Of a stretch of DNA of 64,000 nt, positions 13,431-27,024 are shown in pieces (the first letter of the stretch is position 1; each line of letters starts with the position of its first letter). Both the position numbers and the translations under genes were made by a program. The DNA comes from Malacoraja senta (Eukaryota). The stretch spans positions 10,542,001 through 10,606,000 of the forward strand of contig CM075990.1 in assembly GCA_038087875.1 (NCBI GenBank), written 5' to 3'. The notes beneath the pieces were generated by a model. It was given only the letters and a program-made list of their open reading frames with translations. It did not search any database and was not told the DNA's origin.

Positions 13431-13812
13431 CTATCTCTAGTTTCCTTCTCACCTGACTCTCAGTCTGAAGAAGCGTCTTGTTCCGAAACGTCACCCATTC
13501 CTTCTCTCCAAAGATGCTGCCTGTCTCGCTGAGTTATTCCAACATTTTAGCGTCTATTTTCGGTGTAAACCAACATCTGCAGTTCCTTCCTACATATTTC
13601 GTATGCTCCACTGCAAAGTCTCCTCAAGAAATACCTACTTTGAAGAATTTCTCCTCCTCTCCACAACGAGAGCTCTGCAACACCCTATCTCTGGTTTCCC
13701 TCTCCCCTGACTCTCAGTCCGAAGAAGGGTGTCGACCCGAAACATCATCCATTCCTTCTCTCCAGAGATGCTGCCAGTCCCACTAAGTTACTCCAGCATC
13801 TTGTGTCTATCT
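13263..13812 (+). repeat. Copy 1 of a ~550-bp local direct duplication (unique AT-rich DNA plus two Penelope-derived elements)
   Basis: ACCAAACAAATATTGG.CTTGTTCAGAAGT...ACAGGATGGCAATGAAT..GAGCAACATCCTATCTCTAG...GAAGAA.TTCTCCTCC matches 15773-16338. Confidence 0.9.
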
Positions 13813-14029
13813 TCCCTTTAGTTTAGCTTAGTTTAATTTAGTTTAGTTAAGTTTATTATTGTCATGTGTACCAAGGTACAGTGAAAATCTTTTTGTTGCG
13901 TGCTATCCAGTCAATGAAAAGACTACACATAATAATAATAATAATAGATTTTATTTATATAGCGCTTTTCAGGTGATTACAATTAAGCTGTCCAGTGTAC
14001 AGATACTGGATAAAAGCTATAATTACCTG

Positions 14030-15770
14030 GGAATTGTATCCCTAGTTTATTGGCCTTTACCTCACTGAAGAACTACCTGGATTGATGTAAAAAAAGTGGT
14101 TGAGCAGCCTTGAAATTGCTTATATTATACAGAGCACAAAGGTTGTCCATAACTCATAACTGGTGTTGGACTATTTCTGTCACTCTGACTGACGTGAAGA
14201 AAAATGCAGAGACATTGTTGGAAATAGTGCGGAGGTAAGTTCATGTATCTAATGTGTTGCAGTCTGATCTGGCTCAAGAGTGCTAAGTGCTGATGGCAAT
14301 CAAAATGGGCTTGAAAATCACCAATGCACCATGGTGTCTGCCTGAGGAAGAATTCAGTGCTTTGCACCATAATTTGTCTCAGTTAGGCCTTTCAACACCT
14401 AGAGCTGCACTAACCATTTCCTTTCAAGTTTGTAATTACAATGGAAAAGGGTTCTACAGCAGGAAATAGATGACCAATTTGCTTAACTAAATGTGACTGA
14501 TGTGATGTTGATGTGCACCCCTTTAAGAACCGAGCAACAGTTCTCTGTTTGTTTCTACAAATCTTTGAGAGAAGAACTGGCAGAAGCAACTGCCTTTGTG
14601 GAAGTAAAACGCAACAAGAAAGTGCAGTAGGCATTTATATGATTTAAAAAACTATTTTTGTTGTTAATTTGAATCACTGAATATTTTACAGCATCTTAGA
14701 CATACAGAAGCATTAGACAGTTCCTATCTGACACCAAATGTTGGAGGCTCATGCTGAAAGTTGACTTTAAACCTGTCCTGTATGGTTATGCAAATCAGGC
14801 TACTGGTTGCCATTTCAGGACCACTGTTGCAACTTGAAAAATAGGCCAAGATAATTGGCCTTTCAATTCCTGCCAGGCAAAATGTAAATGTGTGCCAAAT
14901 AATTTAAAATCATCTCACAAGTGCATAGTCTTGGGATCTGCAAGTATGGAGATTTTTACATTGGAGAACTTAGAAATTACGTGGATAGCTTTTCCAGAGA
15001 AACTCAACAGAGAACCTAAATGAGCAAATGACTCCTCTTGTACTGAACATATGATTCTTGAGTAAACTTAACCTGGCTATGTCCCAAGTGGATGTCCATT
15101 TATTTCTAAAGAAGAGAGTTATTTCCCCAAAGCAAGGATCAAAGACTAACAAAACAGGAACTCAAAGAGGAAGAATCTCTGCACCATTTATGTACATTGA
15201 GAGTCCTTCTCAAAGGCTTAACCTAAACTTAAAAATTTGCAGTCATTAGGAGACACAAAACCCAATCAATCTATGGAATATAATTCTTGTTTCTTGCTTC
15301 TGGCAAACTCAAGTATGTTGCAATGTTACAGATATTTTGATTGCTATTTCCCAGTGTACATACACGTAACACTTCCTGGATGAAAGACTGAAGTTACCTT
15401 TGAGTGGTTAACTTTCCTCTATAATTTACCAATTCAGTTTGTCAACATTGCCTCAGGAAAAACAGAGAGAAACAGTATTTAGTTATTGCCCTACACCACT
15501 AAAAAAAAAGCATGAAGCCCTATCACCCTGAAACTTCACCGGAGAATGAATACTGAGGACCCAGCATTTTGATGTAGATTTGCATAACAATCCTACTTAA
15601 AATAATTCTACCGAAGGAGCCATTTGAAAAATAGCAGAGAAAGATTGAAAGCCGCGGACAATGTTGTACCACACATAGTGTTGTACAGTGTAGATCCCAT
15701 CAGCCAAACTCGTCCATGTCAACCATTATGTATATTTACATGGATTCAACTGATTTGTTCTAAACCTTTT
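14030..15770 (-). pseudogene. L: L3: decayed L-gene fragment (RdRp core to start of capping domain)
   Basis: LNPCKY (~15740, motif A-like); FQGD/GLHAFF (~15520, motif B-like); IGFCVS (~15260, D); YINGAEI (15174-15194, E); YILP/ELKG (~14875, LP..LGG); HLFPAV (~14465); LRQTPW (~14335). ORFs 14410..14634 and 14125..14370 are in the same frame. Confidence 0.5.
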
Positions 15771-15772
15771 CA

Positions 15773-16338
15773 TACCAAACAAATATTGGACTTGTTCAGA
15801 AGTAGAAAAAAAATCATTGATAAAACAATTAAATATTCAGAATATACAAAATGAATATCCAAATATAGTAAATTGGAAAAATATTGCAGTCTAGTTTAAA
15901 TATTTAGTAAAATCTTCTATAAAACCAGACAGGATGGCAATGAATGAGAGCAACATCCTATCTCTAGATTCCCTCTCCCCTGACTCTTAGTCTGAAGAAG
16001 AGTCTTGACCCGAAACGTCACCCATTCCTTCTCTAGAGAGATGCTGCCTGTCCCGCTGAGTTACTCCAGCATTTTGTGTCTATCTTCGGTGTAAACCAGC
16101 ATCTGCAGTTCCTTGCTACACATTTTGTATGCTCCACTGCGAAATCCCCTCAAGGAATACCTACTTTGAAGAAGTTCTCCTCCTTTCTCAGATGAGTGTT
16201 CTGCAACACCCTATCTCTGGTTTCCCTCTCTCCTGACTCTCAGTCTGAAGAAGAGTCTTGACCCGAAACGTCACCTATTCCTTTTCTCCAGAGATACTCG
16301 CTGACCCAGTGAGTTACTCCAGCATTTTGTGTCTATCT
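15773..16338 (+). repeat. Copy 2 of the ~550-bp local direct duplication
   Basis: See 13263-13812. Confidence 0.9.
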
Positions 16339-16339
16339 T

Positions 16340-18360
16340 TGGCCGACCTTGGACCCCTTCCTGTCTACTCTCATAATCAAGTATCTGTTCAAAAATGTTT
16401 TAAAAACTGCATTATAGCTGCCTCTATTGCTTTCTCTGGCAGCTCATTTCATATAACCACAAATCTCTGCGTGAAAAGATTGCCCCTCAAATCTACTTTA
16501 AATTTCTTCCCTCATTGTTTAATTTTTTATCCTCTAGTTTTAGATTCCCACACTCTTGGGAAAAAAAATGTCCACCAACTCTATTCATTCCCCACATCAT
16601 TTTATAAGCCTCAATAGGGTCCCCCACTCAGCCCTCTACATTTCAGTAAGAATAATCTCAGCCTATCCAATCTCTCCTGGCAGCCAAAGCCCTCCATTCC
16701 AAATAACATTCCAGTGAATGTCTTCTGCACTATTTGTTATCACATTGTTCCTATATTGTGGAACTAGGACTACACACAATTCTCCAAGTGCAGATTAACC
16801 AATGTTTCATACAGCTCCACATGATGTCCTAGCTCTTATACCCAGTGCTTCAGCCTATGAAGGCAAACATGCCAAATGCCTCTTTTACTACATTATCCAA
16901 CTGTGTTGCCATTTTCAGTGACCTACAAATGTGCATCCCTCTGTACATCAATGCTCCTGAAGTTCTGTAGGGGTTTAGGTTCCCTTCACTTCGGGCCCAA
17001 CTGCCCGAAAAAGGGGTTCCCCCAGGTTCTAGACCTCGGGATTATGGTGGGATATTGTAAAAGGTTGAGTTGACCAGAGCGTGCTGATGAGAGAAAACAG
17101 AAACCAAGACGGACTCAAAGCAAGTCTAAAATTTACAGGCTTTATTAAACAATGAGAAATCGAATCTCACCAACACTACATAATATGTGACTAAACTTAT
17201 GCTTTAAACTAAGACTATGGAAAGAAAATTATCGTATGTCGTAAAACTTACTTTAATAATAATAATAATAATAATAATAAGTTTATTTATATAGCACATT
17301 TTCCAATTGAATTAAATCAAAAGCCAAAGTGCTTTACAGTTAACTAACCATACAAATAATAAAAAGAGATAGAAAAAATGACAACACACTATAAGAGATT
17401 TTACACAAACACGAACATCCCACCACAGTAGAATCTACACTCTCCACTGTGAGGGAAGGCACTAAAATGTCCAGTCCTCCTCCTCCTCCTAGTCCACCCG
17501 AGGTCGGGGCCAGTCTGAGGCCACTGCAGCCAGCCGCCGCAACGGCAGCCCGATGTTGTCTGCCCACCCGCATCGGGTGGAAAAGTCCTCAGCAGCTTGA
17601 AAATGTCTGAAGCGGCCGCTCCTTTACACAATTTTACAAATACACCCCCTTTCTCCTTCTTCTCTCAACCTCTATCCTAATTTCTGGAATTTCACGAGGT
17701 CGTCTGGGGTACTTACAGCTAGATCGATGCAGGATCAGGAGTCGTCCAACAGAGCAGAAAAGAGAGCGAGTTCTGGCTTGACGCCTGCTTTTTATACCTG
17801 AGTTTCTCCCTTGAAACCCCCCAGGTGGTCCTCTGGAAAAAAGGGTCTTTTGATGATTCCCAGTTTCGATCTGGCATGAACAATAGGCTTCCGATGATAA
17901 AGGGGTTTGCTGATGTCATGATCCCTCAGCCTGATCGTTATCCCATCGCCTAGATGGGCTCCCATTGTCCTGATGGATGGGTCATCCACGATGGTGATTG
18001 TGCTTGCTGCTGGCCTGTATACCACCGTCTGCTGAGGCTCGGTACCTTCCTTTGTGTTTCCAAGATAATCTCGTTATCTCCGTCTCAGCCTTTCCTGCTC
18101 ACACCATTCGCATAGTGGTGTAATGCCCAGGCCCACAGACAGGTTCGAAACTGGTTCTTCCTTTGTGGATTGTTTTTTTTCCCGTTGCAGCCAGCAAACC
18201 AGGTTTAAAAATGTCCATGTCCTTATCCCCGAGTTTCTTCCATAATCTTGGGGAGGATTTGCCCCCAATAACTTACAGTTCCTGCCATTTACTCTATTTG
18301 TCTTATTGGTATTTGATATTCCAAAATGCATTATTTCTCACACTTATATTCATCAAATTC
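16340..18360 (-). mobile_element. Old CR1 fragment (minus) interrupted by a solo LTR
   Basis: Reverse-complement CR1 ORF2 3' signatures on both sides of the LTR (e.g. MHFGISN, cf. VIHFG, at ~18330). Confidence 0.6.
16966..18277 (-). mobile_element. Solo LTR with a nested non-LTR element 3' end (~17255-17622, (AAT)n tail)
   Basis: TGTA...TACA termini; 4-bp TSD GTTC (16962-16965, 18278-18281); minus-strand TATAAAAA ~17790 and AATAAA ~17143. Confidence 0.85.
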
Positions 18361-18429
18361 TCCACACTACCATCTCTTCTAGCAAGCTACTAAGAGAATT
18401 GGAAGGAATAATTTCCTACAGCCTGTGAC

Positions 18430-18692
18430 GAGGAAAAACTTTTTCACACAGAGAGTGGTGAATCTCTGGAACTCTCTGCCACAGAGGGTAGTTGAGGCCA
18501 GTTCATTGGCTATATTTAAGAGGGAGTTAGATGTGGCCCTTGTGGCTAAGGGGATCAGGGGGTATGGAGAGAAGGCAGGTACGGGATACTGAGTTGGATG
18601 ATCAGCCATGATCATATTGAATGGCGGTGCAGGCTCGAAGGGCCGAATGGCCTACTCCTGCACCTATTTTCTATGTATCTATGTATCTATGT
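18430..18692 (+). mobile_element. Young CR1 3' end with (TCTATGTA)n tail
   Basis: Near-identical to 30433-30685 and to the reverse complement of 59485-59730. Confidence 0.92.
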
Positions 18693-18779
18693 AGGAAAGA
18701 ACTGCAAATGCTGATTTCCGTCAGCCTCTTCAGGCACAATTATCTTTAACACAATTATCCAAGCTGCCTGCCTTCAGCA

Positions 18780-21700
18780 GGTCCTACCTAAATTGTTGGT
18801 GCACATCACGTGAAATTAATCTCAGAAATTATTGCTGGCTATTAATTGAAATCATAATAATAAAATGGCAACACAAATTTTGTGCATTGCTGTGCACAAA
18901 TTAATTAACATTATGATCTTTACACACATTTCCAATGCCATGGATGTAATTCCCTATATGGTATGCATTGCAAATGTTTAAATTTAGTGTAAACTGCCTG
19001 GAAATTGGATTAAATTCACTTGGGCACCCTAAAAACTCATTGCAATAAAGGCTTGTGCCAGATCAGCCCTCCCCCTGAAAAATTGAAAAAAAATGCAAAA
19101 GCAATTGAAATCACACTGCCATTTCTCTTCGCATGAAATTACCTTTAAGTCGTGAGATAGACATTTTCCAACAGGAGTTGCAGATAACTGTTCTCTCTGC
19201 CATCTCCATAGAGATGACGGAAAATGATGGCACAAAGAGGGAATATGATCTTCGGAGAATGTGTGGTGTGACAGCTTCCTCTCCCTTTGGGTGTCGCTCT
19301 GATCACTTTAACTGGCTGATAGGTCAGTAGAGGCGAATTTGCAGCATTGTTGCTATTGATTGGCTACGAACCTTGTTAGCCTACTCTCTATGAAACCCAG
19401 ACATCCGAGCCAGAGAGAATGCCAGGGAGAGAGCGCCAGGGAGAAAACATTAGGAAGAGAATGCCAGGAAGAAAAAGCCTGGGAAAGAAGGAGGGTGGGC
19501 TGCCACCCTCCCTAGTTGTGTTTCTCTCTCGCAGGTATGAGGTAGATTGGACAACCGGGACAGACCCGAGTCCACCAATGCCGCTGTGTGGTCAAGATGG
19601 ACTGCCAAGAAAGAAGCCCTAAACAGCTAGTGCCTCTGCCTGAGGCTAAGTCTGAGTGGCCGGGGCAAACCTGAGATGCCAAAACTGCTTCCTGCTTCAG
19701 ACAATGAGGGACTGGCCACCTGGATAATCCAGAGACCGCCAGTGTTGTCCCTCCAAGCCCAAAGCTGAGCTGCCAGGATGAAACCTGCACCGTCAGCCAC
19801 TCTTGTTTAGTCAGGGACAACCTGCAGGAAGGTACCTGAGATTGCCACGCCTCCTACTTCGAAGACCAGGACTAAGCCGCTTGGACAAGCCTGATATCGC
19901 CAACGCTATCACACATGCACTCTGATGGCAAGGGACAGTGCCCCCATGTGGTCCTGCACTTTCTTAACATTGTAAATAGAATAGAATAAGTTAACTCTAT
20001 TGTGAGTGTTGGTGTAGTCGCCAGTGCCACAGTGGCTATGACTCACAATATATTTATCTCATGAAGTCTCGTACCATGAGCGCCACAGCATATCAATGAA
20101 AGAGGTATTGCAATATAACATACTGAAGTGCATAAAATAGAAAAGATTGCAAAAAATGGTGAAGCAGAAATTATTGCAAAACAATCATTTGTTATTGTTT
20201 TAATTCATTATCATCATGCTGCCATGCCCAATATTTCTCCTTTAGGAGATGGAATAAAAAGCAAATGTAGAAATTTCTCCATGTTCACTTGTAAGGATTA
20301 AGCCCGTATAAATATCTCTCTTCATCATGAATGAACAGTTGAGATTAAAGAATGGCAAAACATATTTCATTCAGGTGGATTGTGCACAAAATGACTTTGC
20401 AGCAGTTCCTAAAAATTAATTGATTAAAAAGAACTAGAATCTATGAAATGCAACAATAAATTGCGAAGATTATGAAGAATGGAGGGTCCTCCACGCGACA
20501 ATTGTCATACCTCAGTGAAGGTAACAAAATTCTCACATTTAGATTAACCCGATTGCATCAGGAAATGATCAAGATTAGAAGAAGGAATTGAAAGAATAGC
20601 ACGAGGAGGAATTTCAATGAGACTTTTTAACTTTTCTGGAGAAGTACAGAATATGTCAGAGCATGCAGGAGCACTTATTGACAATATTGCTAATGTTGAA
20701 ATACTAAATCCATCGAGAACAGGAAGTAGGAGCAACGATATCAACTGCTCAACAGCTGGGTCACAGACATTTGGCACACCTCGTGGCAGAATAGATTATC
20801 ATAATTTTTCAAAGGTCTGCTTCCACTCCTTGACATCCATTGTCCAAGTAAAATCCTTCCAAAATCAATGTCACAATTTTCTTTCTTATGCAAAAGAGTC
20901 CATATTAAGTTGGTACCACATTGGAAAAACAGGCCTCGCTGCAGATGGATTGGCTGTGGGACCATGAGGAACTCCAAGCCAAGCTTGAAAAACTGGAAAT
21001 CCTCGAACAAGTGTTTTTAAAAGTTCATGTATTATTGCAAGTATTTATTTACAAAATTCAAATGTGGATTTGCATAGGGTTTCTGCCCTTAATAATTTAA
21101 ACAGTTGTGGAAAAGCCCAAGAAAAGAAGGTAAACATGCAACATATATATCCAAACCAAGAAGGGTCTCGACCTGAAAAGTCACCTATTCCTTTTCTCCA
21201 GAGATGCTTTCTGACCTGCTGAATTACTCCAGCTTTTTGTGTCTACTTCCTTTATTTTGGGAGTTCCGCTTAGAGATTTTTGATGGGTTTAGCCTTGTCC
21301 AATTCTGGTAAATCAATATGTTGTTGTGCTGTGAGGCATGCAACGATATTGGAGACAAGAATACTATTTGCACTTCAACAGCTTTATTTACTGCCACAGT
21401 CGTTTTAGTAGCTTGGGTTTCCCAATACTGTCAAGCTCCATATCTAACAAAAACATGAATAATCTCATTATTTTAGAAAGGATAGTTAAATAAATGTGAT
21501 GCATTTATACAGGGAAATGTTGAAGGATGTGGTGACACATGCTAAATTAGATGTCGAAATCTTTAATTTTCCCTCTGTGCACTGCACAAGTTCAAAACTG
21601 CATGCAAGTTTAATTTGGAACACCACAGGGCATATCAACCATTTCATAGTCAGCACATGGGATAAATCAAATGGTAAACATCCATTTTTCTCAGTCTGTT

Positions 21701-24170
21701 TGTCAAACTTTTTAATACCAAATCATATTCTTCACAGGGACCCCATTGCGAGAATGAGTTTCCCAATGACAATATACACCCAATCATTGCTGGTGGGAAA
21801 ATGCACTCCATATAAACATTCTACAACACTTAGGTACAAATATTTGGATGAAAATTGAGCCATATGGCAGGATATTCTTGGGTTATTGGCAGTATTAACT
21901 TTGTAATGATGTACAATAGTTCCAAAAGGTTGCCCTTTGTGTAGTAGTATTATGTACTCTGTGCTTTTTGCTGATTTTAGAATTATTATACCCATCTGTT
22001 TCAATTAATTCAGTCATATATTCTATTTCACCTTGTCAAATCTGAAAATTAATATTCATAATATGAATTGCCCTCCGGTCAAGTTGTTCTGGTGCAGCTA
22101 CAATGCTGACATCTACCAGACAAATTATGAAAATTTCCCAGGTGTGTCCTGTCCACGAAAAGCCAGACAAATCTGATCCAGTTAAAACCATCACCCGCAT
22201 CCGTCTATTATCAACTCTTCTACAGGTGAGAATTACTACATCCGCCCTAATGAAGGGTGTAATAAATGACACTCTGGTTCAAACATACCCTGACATATTA
22301 CATGTCCAATTCCAAAATGGTTCATAAATCCCAAATTTCATATTATGAATGTCCAAGGTACATGGGCACACTATCCTCCAGTATAGCAGGAAACACTGAA
22401 ATCTCATTAATGCAAAGTGTTATCAATGTGCTATCAAGATGCCCTCACCATAAGCTTCATCACGGATAATGAGTTTGAGTTTCAAAATGCCAAATAATGG
22501 CATTGATGGTCCCAAATTTGCATCACGCATGCTTTGATGCCCTGTTGAATTTTCCCAGCCACTCCTACCCCCAGCATGAATGATGCAACACTAATAATTA
22601 AATTAGAAATGCAACCAAACATTAAACATATTTAAAGAGGAATTGGTTCTAAAGATACATTCAAAAGCTAACTAATGTTTAACAAAGTCTTTAGTTGTGT
22701 GTCCAACTGGGAACAGCTGTAGATGAACTGTCAACATATCTGAGGTGTTAATGACTTTGGGAATTGTTCAGCATCCTTTCTTTCATCTAATCACATATAT
22801 TTAAAGGAATCTCGTTAGTCCATTTGGGTGAGAAATTAGGCTGAATTTTTTTTCTTAATGATTTAAGGGTACTCCACCTTTGTAGAGTGAGCCATATAAC
22901 AAAATGACTTGCAGTCAGTTTATAATTTCATGTTCATTAAACTGACTGTGGAAAATATCAAGTCTAAATACACAACCTTTTAATCATGAAGGTGGAATAC
23001 CATTTTAAATTCCAGCTCAAATTCTTGAATATATTTATATGTCCAAATTTAGTTAAAATGCAGTTAAAATTGAATTAGAGATATTATTAAACTGTACATG
23101 TGAATGTTTTCAAATCAAGGATATCTAAATGTAGAATAGAAAATTAAACAATACCGATTAATCAAAATTCTAACATCCTATGATTGTTTCCACAGCTTAA
23201 GAGGTATGCCATATAGCTGTTGGCTTTCAGTCCGACAATTGTTCCATTTGTGAGCCTGGGATTGTAAGCTTTAAATGGCCACTGTACTATCACCTTCTTC
23301 AGTTGCAGAGCACTCACAGGTAGATACAATGCTAGGTTGTGGTTGCTGCCAGAGAAGAGATCAATGCCCACAGGAAACTGATAAAAGTAATGAGATTTAC
23401 TTGAGAGGAATTCCTAGCTGAAATGGCATAATTAAAACTTGAGTGATCTTGGAACTTGCCACAATGGCACTCCTAGGAAAATATTAAACAATTTCCCCCA
23501 AAATGCTCCAAAAGAAGAATTTCCTGGTGTGTGGTAACGTAAGCTGCATGTCTGACATGGAAATGGCATCATATACACAGGATGCATTTCATTGAAAAGC
23601 ATGTGATTACATTCCAGAATGGCTTAATTCACTGTTAGACTGTAACACAAGAACTCCTAAAAACAAAATAAAAATTTACCTTGAAACTTAGATTGTGATT
23701 GTAGGAAAATTGGTATATATATCTTCCAAAATCCTTTTCATTCGGGAAATGTTCCAGTGGATTGGCAAACCACAATTCCCCTATTCAAGACTGGATAGCT
23801 GCAAACTATAGCCCAGATAGTTGAACATCTGTCATTGGGAAAATCCAGGAATCCATTATTTCAAAGGACATTCAGAAAATCAGAATACAATTAAGTAGAA
23901 TTAATATGATCTGTGAAAATGAAATTATGTTTGACAAATTTATTAAAGCTATATGAGGATGTATCATAACAGAGTGAGAAAAGAGAAAACAGTTGATGTA
24001 GGCCTAGAAGATAATCCGGGCTGTTGTCCAATATTAAAATTGTATTAGCAACTTCTCTAAAATTGTTTTGGAAAGCTCTGAAAATATCACAAGATTCCCT
24101 GGCACCATTCCCTTGTACTGCTCTTTCAAGAACAGTGGGAATTACTCATTGAATTTATCACACTATTAGC
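18780..24170 (-). pseudogene. L: L4: decayed L gene of a divergent negative-strand RNA virus (core 18780-23200; N-terminal extension to ~24170 tentative)
   Basis: STF(R)YP (~23125, FGHP position); PLFG (~22495, F); SDLSGF (~22170, A); GQPF/WT (~21925, B); MAQFS (~21855, C position); FGIKK (~21715, D); STSNLA (~21550); LLLPVLDG (~20720); LRRSY (~19250, after removing the LTR); GNYIH(G)I (~18945, HR one substitution away). A-B about 81 codons, B-C about 23, C-D about 46. Confidence 0.65.
19262..20047 (+). mobile_element. Probable solo LTR inserted into L4
   Basis: TGTG...CACA termini, GC-richer than flanks, U5-like 3' end; no clean TSD; L4 reading resumes across it (LHEINI|LRRSY). Confidence 0.6.
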
Positions 24171-24199
24171 ACATATCAGCATAGCTCTAACATCAGGTA

Positions 24200-26600
24200 G
24201 CAGCTCTTAAAGGGTCACACTAAAATGTAAGCTGCACTTTCCCAGTACCGGGGAGCATTGGCAAGAAGTGAATTGACTCTCCAGGAGGAGGGGGGGGTGG
24301 GGGTGCAGAGACGTTCCATCTTCCAGAGAGATAAGAGGAAGTTGTACAGGCTACTGAAGAACAGTACATCCAAGGAGTAGCTTTTTTTGTGCAGAAGACA
24401 AATGGCAGAAAGATGTCAGAGAGCTGTCTGTGGAGGGATAAAACCCCTCTCTGAATTGCTCGTTGGAACGTTGCAAAACAGCAAATGCCCCTGCAAACTG
24501 TGAACGCTATGGCCACCTTAGACCAGTAATTGAAGTTTTCCCACTGTGACATTTGAGACTTTTTGACCTAAAATGCAAGAATGAGCATCATATGTGATAG
24601 TCCAGAAGAGTACCAAGGCTAGGTTTCTGTGAATGAGAGTGATCTCGACGTTTTCAAGGTGCCGTTTTCTGATGTAACAAATAAAAGTTAGGAATACTTT
24701 GTGGAAGAGCAACCTGCATAGATATTGCTCCTGTGGGGTGTTAATAAGTGGGTGGAAAGGGTTTGGATGCCATTTTTGTCAGATGTACCTTTCCTGATTT
24801 TACTCGCTTTTCTCTGATGAACATGGATTCAATTTTTTATTTTCTACCGGAACTTCTTGACACTAAAGATTACAAATTCCCGACTACAAGTATTTTCTGC
24901 CAATGAGAACTTAGTTTGCCATTGCATTTCTTACGAACTGTCCAGGTTACAAACAGTTCACAGTGAACGGAACCGTGTTATAACTTGGGGAGGAAATGTA
25001 TCCACTTTGTCTAGAAAAATATTAAAGCGGATAATTGTTAATCAGCGAGATTGCAGAATACGTAATCTTGGTGTCCTCATACATGAATTAGAGAAAGTCA
25101 GCATGCAGTTAATTTTCTCCACTTTCCATCAATTTTGCACCACCTCCACCCAGACTCTATCACCCATTCTCATGGTAGGGGCGATTTACAGGGGCCAATA
25201 ACCTGCCAACCCATATATCTTTGGGATACGGTAGAAAATTGTAGCAACCAGATATAACATTTCCACAGGGGAATGTGCAAAGTCCACGACATGAGAGGTC
25301 TTTACTGTACCAAGGTTATTTCACCTGGAAGGTAGCAAAATGACAAATCTATGCTGCCCAAATATGCAGTAATTACAAAATGATTCAGAACTGTGATGGT
25401 GAGTCCTTAATTCATTATTACACATTCAATTTCAATGGTATGCATAAAATAGTACTCTGGCTGGTCTAAAAAGTTAAATTATATTTCAAATTATTTTGTA
25501 TATCACACGCAGCTATGGAAATTTCTAAAATCATAGCTCCCAACTGGCTTTTGTGCACTTTTTATGATGTGAGTGGAGTCGTTAATGTTTAATTAAAGTT
25601 TAACTTCACAAATATTTATACATGCAGTTTTAACATTTGCTAAGGGATATATTAAGTTTTTCTTTAAAAGGTATTTACTTGCTTTCAGGTTAATTATATT
25701 AGCAGCTATGAAATAGAGTATTGCAGCACAGGAATAGGTTGCTTTGTCCAACGTGCCCAATCTGACCAACATGCTCCATCTAAGCGAGTCCCATTTACAC
25801 TCATTTGGCAACATCCTTCAAAACCATTCCTATTCATATACCTTTCTAAACGGCCTTTAAATGTTGTTATTGTACTTGCCTTAACAACCTTCTCTGGCAA
25901 CTCGTCCTATATGAAAATTTATCATACTAAAATGTATTCAACTGCTGATTTAAATACACATTGTTCACAATGTTTCCAGATAGTTGCAAGCAGAGTTGGA
26001 GAATTATATTTTTTTAAACCAATGGCACATTTTTTTTAAAGGAAGGTCCAGATAGATAATCTAATTCACCTCTGAGTGTCATTCATGTGAAACATGCTTT
26101 AAAGTAACTAAACATGAATCTATACTTTTTAGTAACTTTTTCAAGAGCATATTCCAACACCCTTGTAACTCTAATATTCAGAATAATTTTGATTTTACCA
26201 GCAACTCATAAAGATTTAAAAATAGGTACTATTTTACAATACACATACTGAATCCTTTGCAGAGTATATTACCGTGAAAATGTTCCCTCCATATTTTCAA
26301 AGTTTCTCCAATTATCTTTCCTTACTTTTTCTCCAGATTGTTTTCATGCTTTACCAATAAATCTCACTATACATTTGTTAAAGGATTAACTTATTTCCAT
26401 GGAACGCCGTCATGCCTACTAGGAATTAGAAACAATTGATTTTTTTCCAATATGTGTGAAACGTTAAAATTTCCAATGCAAATTTGACTTTCATCTTATC
26501 TTAATTATTGTCAACATTTTTTGTACATTTTGCATATTGGAATTTGTTCATGGGTCCAGTTTCTTTTTATTATAATGAAACTAAAGGTTTGTTCACTAAT
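24200..26600 (-). pseudogene. L: L5: decayed L-gene fragment (end of RdRp, capping domain)
   Basis: LFLIPSRHDG (26406-26435, LP..LGG); VNPLT (~26385, DPLT); KASWE (~25545, LR..SW); AYLGS (25353-25367, cf. AYLGSKT); frameshifted (H)RF (~24975). Confidence 0.6.
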
Positions 26601-27024
26601 GTCAGCTCATAATGACTGTGCTGAACATGATGCCAAGTTACACTTATCTTCTTTGCCTGCACAAGATCCATATCCATATCCAGATCATTATCCCTCCATT
26701 CCCTGCATATTCATGTGCCTATCTAAAAGCATCTTAAATGCAACTATTGTCTCCCTCCACCACCACTCCTGGCAGTGCATTCCAGCAACCATCAATCCGT
26801 GTAAAAACACTTGTCATGCACATCGCCTTTAAAATTACCCCCTTTTCACCTTAAAGCTATGTTCTCTAGTGTTTAACATTTCCGCCCTTGGAAAAGCTTT
26901 CTGATTATCTACCCTATTTATGCCTCTCATAATTTCTATATACTTCTATCAGGTGTCCTCCTCAACTTCTGGTATTCCACAAAAGACAATTCAAATTTGT
27001 CCAACCTTTCCTTAAAGCTAATTT

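Noticed and set aside
14180..14430. Methyltransferase D-K-E motifs as the C-terminal continuation of L4
   Set aside because: The upstream 14860-15750 region reads better as a separate RdRp core (L3), which places this segment in the capping-domain approach; not fully excluded.
20590..20790. Plus-strand RGGISM...DINCS resembling Polinton DNA polymerase B
   Set aside because: No KxxxNSxYG or YxDTDS motifs follow; it is the antisense shadow frame of L4.
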